64,000 nucleotides of DNA from Podospora anserina (lineage: Eukaryota): NCBI GenBank assembly GCA_017654855.1, contig CM030333.1, positions 4,216,001 to 4,280,000 of the forward strand, written 5' to 3'. Positions 24,202 to 36,509 of the stretch are shown one piece after another. The position numbers and the translations under genes were made by a program. The first letter of the stretch is position 1. The number at the start of each line of letters is the position of its first letter. The notes beneath the pieces are model-generated. The model was given only the letters and a program-made list of their open reading frames with translations. It searched no databases and was not told the DNA's origin.

Positions 24202-26500
24202 CTTGCCGCAGTTGTCGAGAAAGGCCACGGTCGGTGCGATTGTCGTATCAGAACCAAAGACGATCGTGACAATCGGGAGAAGGTATTAAGCATTAAAGAT
24301 AGCGCGCATCGTGAAAAGAAAAAAAGGCGAACTGGCGGTCCACGGTTCCGCTTTCTTCGTCTTCTGGCTCCCCGGTACCAGCTCGAACCTGGAAGCGATC
24401 GCTGCAAGGGGTTCTATTCCAAACGAACAGCAACCGACACCACCTCAAACAAACAGCCTGGTAGCCGGCAGCAAACGACAAGGAGAAGCGGTGGGGAACA
24501 GAAGGCAGAAGGGCAAGAGAAGAAGAAGAGGAAGGATTTCTGTCTGTTGTTCAGAAAAGAGACGATATCACCTCCGAGGAGGCCAGTCGGGTCAGGGTTG
24601 GACGAGGTCAAGCAAGGGACGAACCGTGCAAACCAGGAGTGTCTGGAGGCGAGATTAATAAAAGAGCCCACCGTGCCAAGAGGCATTTTCAGTGAGCGAA
24701 CCTGGAGAGGGGGGGGGAGCAGCAGCAGCCAGCAGGTACCCAGGGGTTGGGATGGCTAGCCTGCGACTCTGACCAGGTTCACCAGGTCGACCAGGATGCC
24801 CTCGGTTTGACCCCATTGGACCAATTTCCAATTGCCTGCCAACACTTGGTTAGCATCACTGCAGTATCCGCAGATCCAGCGAGGCACCGACCCGGTGGTT
24901 CTGACCAGGAGATAGGAATGTTCTTGTTTGGCAAAGTGAAACGGGGCAGCATTCCTCTGCAAAGGGCTGAGGGGAGTGAAGTGAGTGTGACAGATCAACA
25001 AATGGCAGTATACATCCATCAGGTGCCTCGTGCCCCTTCTTTTTCCCGTTCGAGCACCCCCTGTGCAGTCGCTAATCGTGGGAGAATGTGGAGCCCCACC
25101 TCTGGATCAATGAGAGCGGGACTTCTAGAGAGAAATGGGTTAGGGTGGTCTATCGCCGGGCTTCGGTGAAAATGGAATCCCCAAGTGGCCCATCAAATTG
25201 ACCAAGATCGACAACCTGTGTGTCACCACATCTTTTTTGATCTCTGACTCTGGAGGGAGGGGCACGGAGGGTGGTAGGGTTGCAGTCTGTGCCTCGAGGA
25301 CATCATCTGCTGTAAGATGGCTGATCTCTGCAGAGAAACAACCGGGTTGCCCCCTTCCAGATACGCCTGAATGTCAAGAGCTGTCGTGGTTTCGGACCCT
25401 GGCGGTCCTTGGGATAAACGGGGACAGATGCTGTACATTGTCTGCAATAGCCGGCGCTCATATAGATACCCTGCAGCAACTTTCTCTTATAAAGTTGCTC
25501 CTGTCGGTCTGTTGTTTATCGCTCTTCCCGTCGGTGAGACGCACATATTACTTACATATGTTGTGCCCTCAACTGCAATACCACTCTAGACTCTCACTCA
25601 CTCAGATCCTGTCGGAGCGGGGAATTTGATCTTGCACTCACTCACTCACTCACTCACTCACTCAGTCCAAGTGTTGGCTCCGTAAAACGGCCCCTCTCGT
25701 CCCTGGTTATAGGCCATGTGGTTCGGCTGCTGCTGGCACGGTCCTGCACCATGTATGTATGCACTATGTATGGATGGACAGTACATGCATTAGCATACGA
25801 GCCAACGCCTATGTGGCTGCGCAAAAAAACAAAAAGGAAGCTTGCAGTGCGACTTGTCATTGAATTCCACATTCGGGGCATTCTTCGTCGTCGTCGATAC
25901 ACATCCGCTAGACCGAGAGCAGTTTGGGAGCCTCTCGTACACTTTTGTCCCCTGCCTCCCCGCTCCGGAGTTGACCCCGAGGAGAAGACAGACGTCGGCG
26001 GCAGAGTGGGAGGGAGAGAAGACTCAGATCTAGGTTGTGCCACACTGTCGGTGGTGGACGGGCTGTCCGGCTGCTGACCGCATGTTCACATCCCGGCCGA
26101 ACAAACGGGGAAAACGGCCGGGAGGTCGCACAAGAGAAAAAAAGAAGAAAAAAATTGCAATATGGAAAGGAGGCACGGAGACAGGTACTCGCCACCACCA
26201 CACCACATGAGAAGCAGGCATAGTGGCGTGCTGCCGGTCCACTGTCGTGATGGTCGAGTGCGGTGAGGAGCCTGGGTGTCGATAGCGGCATGGGGCTGAG
26301 AGCGAGCCGCAACATTGCATCATGCCGCCGGTGGTTCCAGCTCGTCGAATCAGTTTCTCGTTGCCGCTTGTTTTGTATCTGTTGATCCTTTTGATCTCTG
26401 GCTCAGATGCTGCTGCTCAAAAATCGAAGAGGTTGGCGTTGGCGATCTTGAGACGGTTTGTGCATTTGCGGGGTTATGCTCAATTAACCCCCCGATCTGG

Positions 26501-26546
26501 CAGGGGTGAAGACCAGGGGTGAAGACCAGGGGTGAAGACCAGGGGT
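26501..26546 (+). repeat. 13-bp tandem repeat (CAGGGGTGAAGAC) x3.5, giving four AGGGG (STRE-like) cores
   Basis: Read directly from the sequence. Confidence 0.9.
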
Positions 26547-29500
26547 AGGTGCTTTCTGCCATCTCGTCGTTGTTGACCTCTCCAATTTTCATGTCTCGTC
26601 TTCCCAGCACGATTCCGCAGTGATGCGGCAGCGGTCTTGCCGCATATATGCTGTGCAGTATGCGGTGAGCAGGACATGTCTTTGCCCCTTGGCCCCATTC
26701 GAACGTCAACAGAACGGTGAACGGTCCGGCCCTCACCTGCATTCCGCTTCCTCCTGAATTGTCAGTATTGCTTTTTCTCCGGGTTCAAAGAGGCCCACAA
26801 TCTTCCCAGTCGAGAAGTGCCTGCAGCAGACAGTCTGGGCATGAAATGGCACCAAGTCGGACACGGTCAGTCAAGCTGAGCCCAAGCCGTTTGACGGAGC
26901 AAATCTATGGATTTGTCCGTCTCCATGCCGCGTTGCCCGAGGTGGAAGGTGAAGGTCAGGTCACGGTGAGACAACAAGCTTATTTTCAGCGACGGGAATC
27001 GTTCAGCTTGACGAGGTGCCGCAAAAGCGCCTAGGCGGCGACGGCAGCAGCGATCTTTGAGGCCTGCAGAAGCCGAGATCGAGGTCAATCAACAACAACG
27101 TTCTTGTGGGGGGCCCGGAAGCAGCCGTATCGTCATGGTGACTGGCGATCATCCAAGAGCTGCACCTGAAACATCGGTTTCCATGACGGTGACAAAAAAA
27201 AATGGTGTTGACAGGATCGAGTTGATGTGTGGCTGATCAATGCCGGCGGAATCTTTCCGTTTCATTTGGACATCAGACTTGGGAAGGAACACCTGCAGCT
27301 GCATGAGATGCAGGACATGAACCTGCCTTCCTCACACATCCGTACCTTCCATATCAAGTCACCACTACAACAGCCACGGCAAGAGCCACCTGCTATTGCC
27401 ACATTCATCTCAATCTTTTCTTGACCGCCCTTCAGACAACTGGAAAGTCTCTCCTTCTCTCACATTCTTTCGGACCTATCATCGCAGCTCTTTGGAATAT
27501 TCTGCCCGAAATGGCTGATGGCACGCATTTGACAACCCTCTTTGGAACCTAGATACGCCTATCTGCCCCTCTCCTCCCCACCCACGCCCGTCTCGACCAG
27601 AAACCCCCGAGTCCTGGTCGATACAGGTCACTGGACTTATCTCCAGCACGAACATGTACCGGTGCATTCTATCCACTGTATCTACCTGCCTTGCCCGCGT
27701 TATGGGTATGTTGGGGGCACATGCAGCACGCCATCATGCGCCGTCTCCAATACCACCAGGATGCTTGGATGATATCAGAACCACAGAAACGAAGTTCACC
27801 ACCCCTCCTCAGCTTTCGGCACAAATTCAAAACGACAGTGTTCGAGGCCTTCGAGTTCGTTCCGGTTTTTACTAGTACGAACAGGCCGCGGTCGTTGGTG
27901 TCATGGAAGCACGTCGTCAAAGTTCCCACGGACCTCACAATGGTGGAGCAAAATCATTCCAGACAAGCCCATGCCGTTTCCAGGATTTCCTTCCGAAAAG
28001 TGCTCTCGGAATTCCAAGTCGTCGGGCTCCGCTAGTACCATCGCCGACCGAGGTTGTCCATGTTGTAATTTTAAAATACGCACGGCTCTTACCGGTTCAT
28101 CACTTGGTAAATATGAACTGACCCAGAATCTACGATGACATACACGGCACCTCTTATTTGTTGCTGAAAAAGACAGCCTCCTCCTCCTCCTCCTCCTCCT
28201 CCAAGTCATGGCCTTGCAGCAAGTAAATATATATGCCAATTCTCCGACTGGGATTTGTCCCCGAGCGCCGCACCGAAGAAGGGGGATTTCACCACCGAAC
28301 CGGGCTCCACTCCGGGCCGTTGCGCTAGTGTCGTTTTGTTGCGCGGTTCCTGAACAACCCCATCAGTCAGAGGGTGTGGGCACGGACTACGACGTCGACG
28401 TCGAGGTGTCTTTGCCTTTGCAGGGCACGTGTCTGCGTGGCATCGTTTTGATTCGAAGTTTTTCTGTGTAGGGTTGGCGATAAGGAGGTGGGCTGTTGTT
28501 GGGGATCGAGATACGAAGTCTCAGGTGGTTTTGCCTTTAACCGAGCGTTGCGGCAGAGAGATCGGAGCTAACACGGGGTGGTGGTTGAAGAAAGAAAAAG
28601 GGGGCGATCTCCTTCGGTAGTGTAGCCGATGGGGACTTTTTGGTGTGTGCATTGGGATTAGTTCTGGTTATGTAAGTTATCACAAACATCATCACAGGTT
28701 TGGGAAGCAAAGGGGGTTGGATGGGTGGGCGGTAACCATGGCATGGCATTGTTGGTAGCTGTCAGAGATTCTGGGTAAGTCTTTTTTGGTCGTTGGGCAG
28801 AAGAAGCGGTATTCCCTTATTTGATCATAGCAGAGAATCAGATATGTTTCCGGGTGGTATGGCACCTGCAGTAGTCCTGCATGCGAGAGCTGTGACAACG
28901 TTGGATCGATGCTGCTTTTGGCTTAGGTTTTTGCTTGGGTGTTGGGTTGGGGGTTGGAGGGGTGAGGGGAATGGGATATAAGTGAAGGGGGGTATAATAT
29001 GGCGATGATGCCTGGTTGGATGCTTATGTGTGCCTGATGGGATAGGTTTGCAGTTGGGTATAATGGGTGAGAGAAAGGGATCATGGAAGCCCAATGGACA
29101 AAGTAAGCAAGAGGACGGGTATTGGAATAGATGGGAATACGAGGTGGCAAAAAGAGAAAAGATTCCGCGCATTACTGATTGCTGCAGGGTCCATGTCAAG
29201 AAGAGATGGATGAAACTAACTACAGTCAATAGCCTTCCGGGAAGCAGGTTTTGTACATGTAGTAGTTGGGGACGGTATGTCTTGCCGGAAGCCGGTGCCG
29301 ATATGCGGAGCATGATGACCACACGGACTCAGTGTCTAACTGCACATCAGTAGGTGCTCGTTGGCCGAGTGTTTATGGAGAGCCCGGCATCCAAGGACAA
29401 TCTGCAATCTCATCTGCCATCGGGCTGTGAGCTGAATATAAGTGAGATGTACCTCCCGTACGCGGCAACTAGAGACCCCGTGCCAGATAGCTGGTCATGA

Positions 29501-29795
29501 GCACAAGCTTTCTCTCGAGGGATACCTCGTGGTTAAGGTGAGAAGTTAGGGTCATTCACAGATTCATCAAACGGTAACCATTGCAGGAGGAGTTCTCCAA
29601 CCAGGTTATACATGCATCATCACAAGCCCTCGAGCAGATCACACAATACACAGGAACACACTGGAGCTCATCAACACAACGCTTGTCATTACTATCTGCT
29701 AGAACACAACTATCTAACAATACAAGCCATCAGGAATAGCCGTATCTCCTCGAGTATCGTACAGCAACAGACACCAACCAAACTGCCGGTGTCGT

Positions 29796-29796
<1 letters not shown>

Positions 29797-29836
<40 letters not shown>
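29797..29836 (+). repeat. (AAC)n microsatellite
   Basis: Read directly from the sequence. Confidence 0.9.
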
Positions 29837-29837
<1 letters not shown>

Positions 29838-29953
29838 GAAAAGAAACTTATCCGTGGAAAAAGTGTAAAGCCTGTAAACGCCAATCAGCAAAAAAAAGTA
29901 TCGTAGCAAAGAAAACAAGAAGGAATGATAAGTAGTAAGAAAGAGAGAGAGAA

Positions 29954-32900
29954 TCACCACGGTGAATACCAGTCTCTTGCCTTTCTGACCCTGGGACTCT
30001 CCCAAAAGTCGTTGGTTGGGGAGGGCCAGCGTTGGCGGCGGATTGTTTCCATGTTTGGGAGGAGGGTGCCGTGTGGTGGGTGTTGGAGTTGGATCCTGGG
30101 TTGCTGTTGACCTTGGGTGGTGGTCTGCTGCTTGCTGGATTGTTGACTCGGGAATGTGGAAGGCTGACCCTGAGTGGTAGTAGTTGTTGACTGCTGCCTC
30201 TGCAGCTCAACGTCTCCCCCCAACTCCCTCTCCCCATCCCACTCATGACGCCACCCCTCCTCCAACCTCATCAACTTGCCCACCAACCTCTCATGCTCCT
30301 CCGTCGCCCCATCCTCCCCACACAACTCTCTTCTCAACCGCTCCATCCGGCCATGTATCATGGACTTCTCCAGCTCCTCCCACTCCGCCTGCTGCTCGTC
30401 CCGTGGCGGCTGCTCCCTCCCCTGCCTCTCCGCCTCCAACCTCCCCAACTCAGCTCTCAACCGACAATGCTCCCCCAACGCGCCCCCCGTCCAGTCCCGC
30501 CATAGATCCGGTTTGATCTCGTCCAACCTACTTTTTATCCTCTCCCTCTCTCTTGTATACTCCTCTTCTTTCCGCTGCTCCTCGGCCCAGTCAGGATGGA
30601 CAGGCACCCGCTGCAAACACCACGACTGCCCCGGCCCAGAACGGTACATATCAAGGTTATTGACGTAATGCTCCCAGTCGACACCCCCGTCGGGATCGTT
30701 GACGTCGGCTTCGGTCGCCGAGTCGTATTGGATGTCTGCGAGAGCCATCAGATCTTCGTCTTCGACTTGTGCGATGGATTGCTCTGCTTCGGGGACGGAC
30801 ATGGATTCTAGAGGTTGGAGGTAGGGGGGTAGTGGGGGAGGGTGTGAGTCGAGCGTTGTGAGGTCCGAGTCGGAGGGGGAGGGGGGTTGGATAGGGAACG
30901 GGGGTGAGAGGTGGAAGTCGGGGGAGGGGGGAGGGGGGGCGGATGGGTCAAGTGGTGCTATTCCGGGGAAGTGGAGTTGGGGGGGTTGTTCGGGTTGGGG
31001 CTGGGGGGGAGGGGATGGCGAGGGGGGTGGTTCTGAGGAGGATGAGGATGAGGGGGGAGGCGGGGAGGGGGTGCCGAATGAGTCCGAGTCTGAGGGTGGG
31101 GGTGGTGGTGTCATGTATTGGCCTGACATGAAGGTACTAATTTCTTCGGGGGGGATGGGGATGGTCTCGAGTTCGGAGTCGTTGAAGTCGAGGTCGGAGG
31201 AGGAGTTGGCGTCTGGGGGGGAGTGTTGGTGGAGGGTGATGTTGGAGGGATCCCAGAGGTGCTGTTCGGGGGGGAGGTGAGTGGTCGCTTGACTGATGGC
31301 GTGGGCGCCGTGAGAGGGGGATAGGTTTTGTGAGGAAGGGAGCTCAGGGCCGAATAGAATGGGGTACTGCTCTGATAGGGGAAGGGCATTGAATGAGGCT
31401 GGGTTTGGGGGGGCAGAGTTGGGGGGTGAGGACCAGATGGTGTCGAGGTGGTTGTCGTGGTTGATGACGTCGGCTAGGGCTGGGGGAGGGGGGGACTGAA
31501 GAGGAGGAGGAGGAGGAGGAGGAGGAGGAGGTGGTGGTGGTGCTGGACGGAGAACAACAGTGATTTGGGGGCTGTCGATTTCCATTTTGTCATCCTCGAA
31601 CTCCTCCCAGCCTTCGTCGTCAAACTCTTCCGACTCAGCGTCGTAGCCTTCGTCTTCGCCCGTGTTATGGTCTGGGTCAATGATTTCCATCTCCACGTCC
31701 ATATCCTTATCCACGCTCTCGGCCATATCCTGGTCCATGTTAGTGTCCCTATCATCGTCTATGTTCCCAGGCGCAGCCTCAACGACCTGATCGTTCACAA
31801 CCCCAACATCCTCCAGCCTGGGCAGCTTCGTGGCCCTAGGCGGAGACTCCGACTCATCACTAGACACCACCGTAGCCGCCGCCATAGCAGCCTTCATCCT
31901 GAACAGAACCTGCCGGTGAATCTCAGCCGTCTCCTCCTTCCAGTCCACCTTCGGATCCGGCACCTTGATCTTAAACTTCTTCCCCTTAAACCCCATAGCC
32001 GTAATGTTATACACATCCTCCAACTTCCTCCTCGCCAACCTATACATATCCATCCCCTTGTTCACCCTCTCCTTCCTCGCCATCTCCCTCTCTTCTTCCT
32101 TGATCATCTCCTCCCTCTCCTCGTCCGTCAACTCCTTCCACCTCACCTTCCTCGCATGCTTGGGCTGCCACATCCCCCTCTCAAAGGGCACATTCCCGCA
32201 CTCCCCGTTGACAATCTCATTCTCGTGCAACCCCGCCACTCGTTCCAGCCCAGTCTTTTCCTCCTCGTCCTCATCACTCATGTACATCTCCTCCAAACTC
32301 GGCACCAGATTATCCCCAGTCTCGTAGTCGACATGTCCATACGTCATCATCCCAAACAAACACTCCCACCCGCACATCGCCCCCAGCCCCCTCCTCCCCC
32401 CCTCCATAACAACCAGCTCCTCCGGCCTCATGAGAATCTCGGTCCCCCCCCTCTCCCACCCCTCAAACTGCCCGACCCCCATGTCATAAATCTGCACCCC
32501 CATCACCGGCTCCCCACTCCATATCTCCCTATTCTTCGGCGGCACGTCATACCTCAGCTTCAGCTGATGTATCCCCGCCTCGGTGGTGTACCCCTTCCTC
32601 CTCAAAAACTTCCACAGCGGACTCAGCCCCCTCTGCCCCATAAACAACCTCGCCAGAACAGTCGACCCCGGCCCAAAGACGGGATCGTTGAACAAGAGGA
32701 CCAACTTTACAAAAAACAGCTGGAAGCGGTACAGATCATCGTCGGTGAGGAAGCTCTCGTTGCAAAAGAGGGTGAGTCTCATCCTGTTGGTAGGGCACTC
32801 TAACACCAGCCAGATCTTTTGGAGGGTGGCGTCCGTTTCCGGGAGCGTGCGATGACCGTGTCTGGCGAGGACGGCGAGCATGTCACGCACGCGGGCCTCC

Positions 32901-33853
32901 CTCTGCACCACGTGCTGCAGCCAGAGAAGGCCTGGTACAAGACGGGTTTTGCTCCCGTCGCAATTGACGTGCATGTCGTCTTCCCCCAGACAGGCCTGGC
33001 CCGGTCGGGGGAGGGAGATTTCGTGGTCGGAGCGGGTGCACTTTCGGCCGAGGGGGTCGGGGATGAACCAGTGGGCGTAGACGGGGGACGAGTAGATCCT
33101 CGAGGCCACGGGGGCCATGTGCCGGGACCAGGCAAAGACAAACTTGCGCATGTTGTGGTTGAGGGTGTTGTGGAAGCCGCGGTGGAGGGCGTGGAGGTTG
33201 ACGAGGTCTTTGGGGCGGAGGTGCTTGCAGACTTCGATGAGGAGCTCGGGGGTCGTGCAGAGGGTTGACAGCAGGTCGATGGTCGGTTTGGGACGTTTGG
33301 GGGCCCGTTGTGCCTTTTGCCAGGTTTTGATCGATTGCTTCAGGGAGAGGAAACGTTCCCTCGCGATGGCGCGGTATTCCCTCTGCAGCAAGGGGTTGTT
33401 GTTCTCGAGGCCGTGCTCGATCAGCTGTGACTCCCAGGTGGCTTCAAACTCCTCTTCGTTCTTGCCAAGGACGGCTGCCTCATCTTCGGACTCTTCCTCG
33501 TCAGAGGAGGCGAATTCCTTGGGACGGCCGTGGTAGACGAGCCGGACTCTGTCGGAAAGGTTAGAGACGGTAGGGATGATTCTCCCGTTGGCAACAACCG
33601 AGCGAGCCTCCTCCTCCCAGCGGGTCATGTGGAGGACGATGGAAGGGACATCGGGCCGGATACCAAGGGCCTCGATCTCTTCCTCTGTTCTCTCTTCGCG
33701 AGCGACAACGTTGTCGAAATAGATCCGCTGGGCCTCATTTTGCGGGTTGGCGATGAGGTCGTCCAGATCCCAGTCGTCATCGTCATCGTCAAAGAAATCC
33801 AAATCCTGTATGTCATCAACCCAGTCGTTGTCTTCGAGGTCGATGGCACTCAT
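29954..33853 (-). CDS. Large hypothetical protein (~1300 aa) with an F-box-like motif and acidic/proline-rich regions
   Basis: Single long ORF; first ATG at 33853 (MSAIDLED). LLSTLCTTPELLIEVCKHLRPKDLVNLHALHRGFH resembles an F-box. Confidence 0.8.
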   Translation of the reverse strand: MSAIDLEDNDWVDDIQDLDFFDDDDDDWDLDDLIANPQNEAQRIYFDNVVAREERTEEEIEALGIRPDVPSIVLHMTRWEEEARSVVANGRIIPTVSNLSDRVRLVYHGRPKEFASSDEEESEDEAAVLGKNEEEFEATWESQLIEHGLENNNPLLQREYRAIARERFLSLKQSIKTWQKAQRAPKRPKPTIDLLSTLCTTPELLIEVCKHLRPKDLVNLHALHRGFHNTLNHNMRKFVFAWSRHMAPVASRIYSSPVYAHWFIPDPLGRKCTRSDHEISLPRPGQACLGEDDMHVNCDGSKTRLVPGLLWLQHVVQREARVRDMLAVLARHGHRTLPETDATLQKIWLVLECPTNRMRLTLFCNESFLTDDDLYRFQLFFVKLVLLFNDPVFGPGSTVLARLFMGQRGLSPLWKFLRRKGYTTEAGIHQLKLRYDVPPKNREIWSGEPVMGVQIYDMGVGQFEGWERGGTEILMRPEELVVMEGGRRGLGAMCGWECLFGMMTYGHVDYETGDNLVPSLEEMYMSDEDEEEKTGLERVAGLHENEIVNGECGNVPFERGMWQPKHARKVRWKELTDEEREEMIKEEEREMARKERVNKGMDMYRLARRKLEDVYNITAMGFKGKKFKIKVPDPKVDWKEETAEIHRQVLFRMKAAMAAATVVSSDESESPPRATKLPRLEDVGVVNDQVVEAAPGNIDDDRDTNMDQDMAESVDKDMDVEMEIIDPDHNTGEDEGYDAESEEFDDEGWEEFEDDKMEIDSPQITVVLRPAPPPPPPPPPPPPPLQSPPPPALADVINHDNHLDTIWSSPPNSAPPNPASFNALPLSEQYPILFGPELPSSQNLSPSHGAHAISQATTHLPPEQHLWDPSNITLHQHSPPDANSSSDLDFNDSELETIPIPPEEISTFMSGQYMTPPPPPSDSDSFGTPSPPPPSSSSSSEPPPSPSPPPQPQPEQPPQLHFPGIAPLDPSAPPPPSPDFHLSPPFPIQPPSPSDSDLTTLDSHPPPLPPYLQPLESMSVPEAEQSIAQVEDEDLMALADIQYDSATEADVNDPDGGVDWEHYVNNLDMYRSGPGQSWCLQRVPVHPDWAEEQRKEEEYTRERERIKSRLDEIKPDLWRDWTGGALGEHCRLRAELGRLEAERQGREQPPRDEQQAEWEELEKSMIHGRMERLRRELCGEDGATEEHERLVGKLMRLEEGWRHEWDGERELGGDVELQRQQSTTTTTQGQPSTFPSQQSSKQQTTTQGQQQPRIQLQHPPHGTLLPNMETIRRQRWPSPTNDFWESPRVRKARDWYSPW

Positions 33854-34796
33854 GGCGAGGTGGAGGAGGGACAGTCGTCTTGTCTGTGGTCTTTGGTCGT
33901 GGTAGGCGAACTTTTGGAATGCCTTCGGGGTCTTTGTCAAAGCAGTTGTAACAGTGAGAAAATGTGAATGGAGACAAGGTCATTAATTGCAGAAAAGACG
34001 AGATGATTTGTAGTTTTTTAACTGAATATTTCTGTGGGCTGGCGGCGGTGTGGTCGACATGCATGTCTATTCACAGCTATTGTCAATGGTCAACAATAGG
34101 AGCTCTCAAGAACAATAGGAGCAGCTTATGCGTCACGAGCCCACCCACCACCAGGCACCCGGCTCATAGCCAACCAACTTCCAGCTCTTATCTCTCTCTA
34201 CAATAAGAGTTCAGCTCTTGTCTAAAGAGACCTATTCAACCCGATAAAACAGAAGTCACAAGTAATTACACCGCAAAGAAGAAACCTGGAAAAAAACAAT
34301 AGGGCCCAGAAAGTACATTCTAGGAAAACACTACTACTAGCTTGCCGTCTGCGGCGTGAACACATACAAAAGAAACAGGAAACATGCCATAGCCTCCGAC
34401 TCCTTTTCTACAACCAAGAAGAGGAAGAGGAAGAGGAATAGTACGAGGTTGGACGAAAATGCCACCGTGAATAACCATGCTGCTGTCGCTCACACTTCAA
34501 AAAGTTTTACCACCCCGAGTCTGTCGCTTGCCCTCGCCGGATTGCTGCGCGTTCCTGACCAGCTCCAGATACTCATCGTACACAGCCTTGGGCCGGGGAC
34601 GGTCGCTGTCCTCGCTGCTGCCTTGAGACGATGTGTCGTCGCGAATCTCCAAGTCCGCCATGGGCAATTGCTGAGATACACTCTGGTTGTTCCTCTTGTG
34701 CCTGAGGACAGTGCTCTGGTCGCTTTCCTCCTGCTTCACCTTCACGCCGCCGGGCTCGCCGTGTTTTCTCTTGATGCCTTTCTTGAGCCCTCCTTC

Positions 34797-36258
34797 CTAG
34801 GGGATAGATGTTCCGTCGGCGCTCCCCATTTCGTTCATCTCCATCTCCTGGTTCGGCGGCGAGATGATGCTCTTGGTCGGCTGCCAGATCTGCAGCAAGT
34901 TGTCCTCGGCCGCGCTGCAGACGAGCCAGGGGATGTTTTTGTTCCAGCTAAAGTCGGCCAGATGGTTAGTGTGGCCGCCGTGCATGAACAGAAGCTCCGG
35001 CGGTCCATCCTCAGCCTCCTCGGGTGTTTGCTCGTCACCAATAAGGCTGATATCCCAGAGGATAATCCGGCGGTCGTAGCCTCCACTGCCGAGGATGGCG
35101 TGGTCGATTGGGTTCCAGGCCAGAGAGGTAACCGCGTCGTTGTGGCCCTCGAGCGTGTGGATCTTGCCGGCCTTGAGGTTTCGGAGATCCCAGATACCAA
35201 TTGTCTTGTCAGCCGAGGCGGTGGCAACGAGGTAGTTGACCTTGGGGTTCCAGGCGATGGCATTGATGGCATCGCTGTGGCCATCGCGGGCAACGGCAGC
35301 CGCCTTGGTGCTGTCAGCGGTGCGGATGTCAATGACTTGCATCGTCACATCGTCTGATACGGTGCCGATCCAGGACGGGGTGATTGGGTTGTACTGGACA
35401 TCGTTGACGACATGGCTGTGGTGGGTGTACTTGCGCCAAGGCCTCACCTTCTTGTCAGTGCCGCTGTACGAGTTCAAATCCCAAACCATGACGGTATTGT
35501 CTTCGCTACCGGTCGCCAACCAGCCAGGCTTGTCTGGGCTCCAGTCCAGACCGAAACCTTCCTGCGTGTGACCAATGCACTCGAGCTGGGGATTGGGGGT
35601 TCCCGTTGGCTGCAAGCTGTGCTTGGTCCGATCGAAAATGAGCACCCTCCCGTCGACAGCGAGCGTGGCGATGATGTCGGGATTTTGAGGTTGGTATCGC
35701 GCCTTGTTGACTTCGCCCGGGTGATCGATCTTTTGCGTAATCGTCATCTTGATCACATGCGGCTCGCCAGATCCGCCCAAGTTTCCATGTCCGCCAATCT
35801 CGCCGCGGTCCTCATCGTAGTCGCGAGCGCTAGGCTTGACCGGCTTTGGCACCTCGACGTCGGCGATCTGAAGGTAGTTTGGCTTGCCCTCTGCAGTATG
35901 TGTTCCCAGAAGCAGGCGATGGGTCGTGTAATTCTTGTCTGGAACGTCCTTAACGTCGGGGAACCACTGGGTGGTCAGTGTCGGCCACTCCAACGCTGTG
36001 CTGAGGATCATGCTGTAGAGGAATGGACTGTTCTTCTTCCAGACCTTGTACTCTGCCGCAAAAGTTAGCCGCTGCCAAGTCTCGCGAGCTCAACCAGGAG
36101 AACACCTACCCTCGTTGATGAGTTTTTGCTGCATTTTCTCGTCCTCGTCCTCTTCCTCCATATTGACTGCAAAGGTTGTTAGTGTCTCTCGCGGCGGAGT
36201 TGGTGGGCATATATAGCGACATACCGTCCACGTCGTTGACAACCTCGGTGGGAGCCAT
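34797..36258 (-). CDS. HAT2: Histone-binding WD40 protein, HAT-B subunit 2 / RbAp48-MSI1 family
   Basis: [68 protein letters not shown]. Introns 36224-36167 and 36109-36053. Confidence 0.92.
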
Positions 36259-36487
36259 GGTGGTGATTGCGCTCCTGCAGTCCGCAGATCAGAGATTTGG
36301 AGTCTTGAATCGCAGAAAGGCAGGCCGAAGCAGTGAACGAGATGGTTCTTTGAATTGAAAGAAACCAGTCGCGATTGGAACAGAGGTGTTGTTATCTGGA
36401 GTCAGAAAAAGAAGCTTCTGTTTAGTTGCCATGAAACTTTCTGTACAGAATGAATTCGAAGCAAGGCCACCGCCATCGACTTTCTCA

Positions 36488-36509
36488 ACGCGACGCGACC
36501 ACGCGACGT
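36488..36509. promoter_or_regulatory. Cluster of three ACGCGA (MCB-like) elements upstream of HAT2
   Basis: acgcgacgcgaccacgcgacgt, about 230 nt upstream of the HAT2 ATG in the HAT2/XRN1 divergent promoter. Confidence 0.55.

Noticed and set aside
26501-26546. Possible CRISPR-like direct repeats
   Set aside because: Head-to-tail units without spacers in a eukaryotic genome.
24300-29900. Many 60-160 aa ORFs in the long intergenic region
   Set aside because: No domain motifs, codon bias or coherent splice pattern visible.
31565-32803. 412-aa + strand ORF
   Set aside because: Antisense shadow of the G-rich block of the F-box-like gene; L/P/H-rich low complexity.
34356-36068. 333-aa and 218-aa + strand ORFs
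   Set aside because: In-register antisense shadows of HAT2 and its extension.
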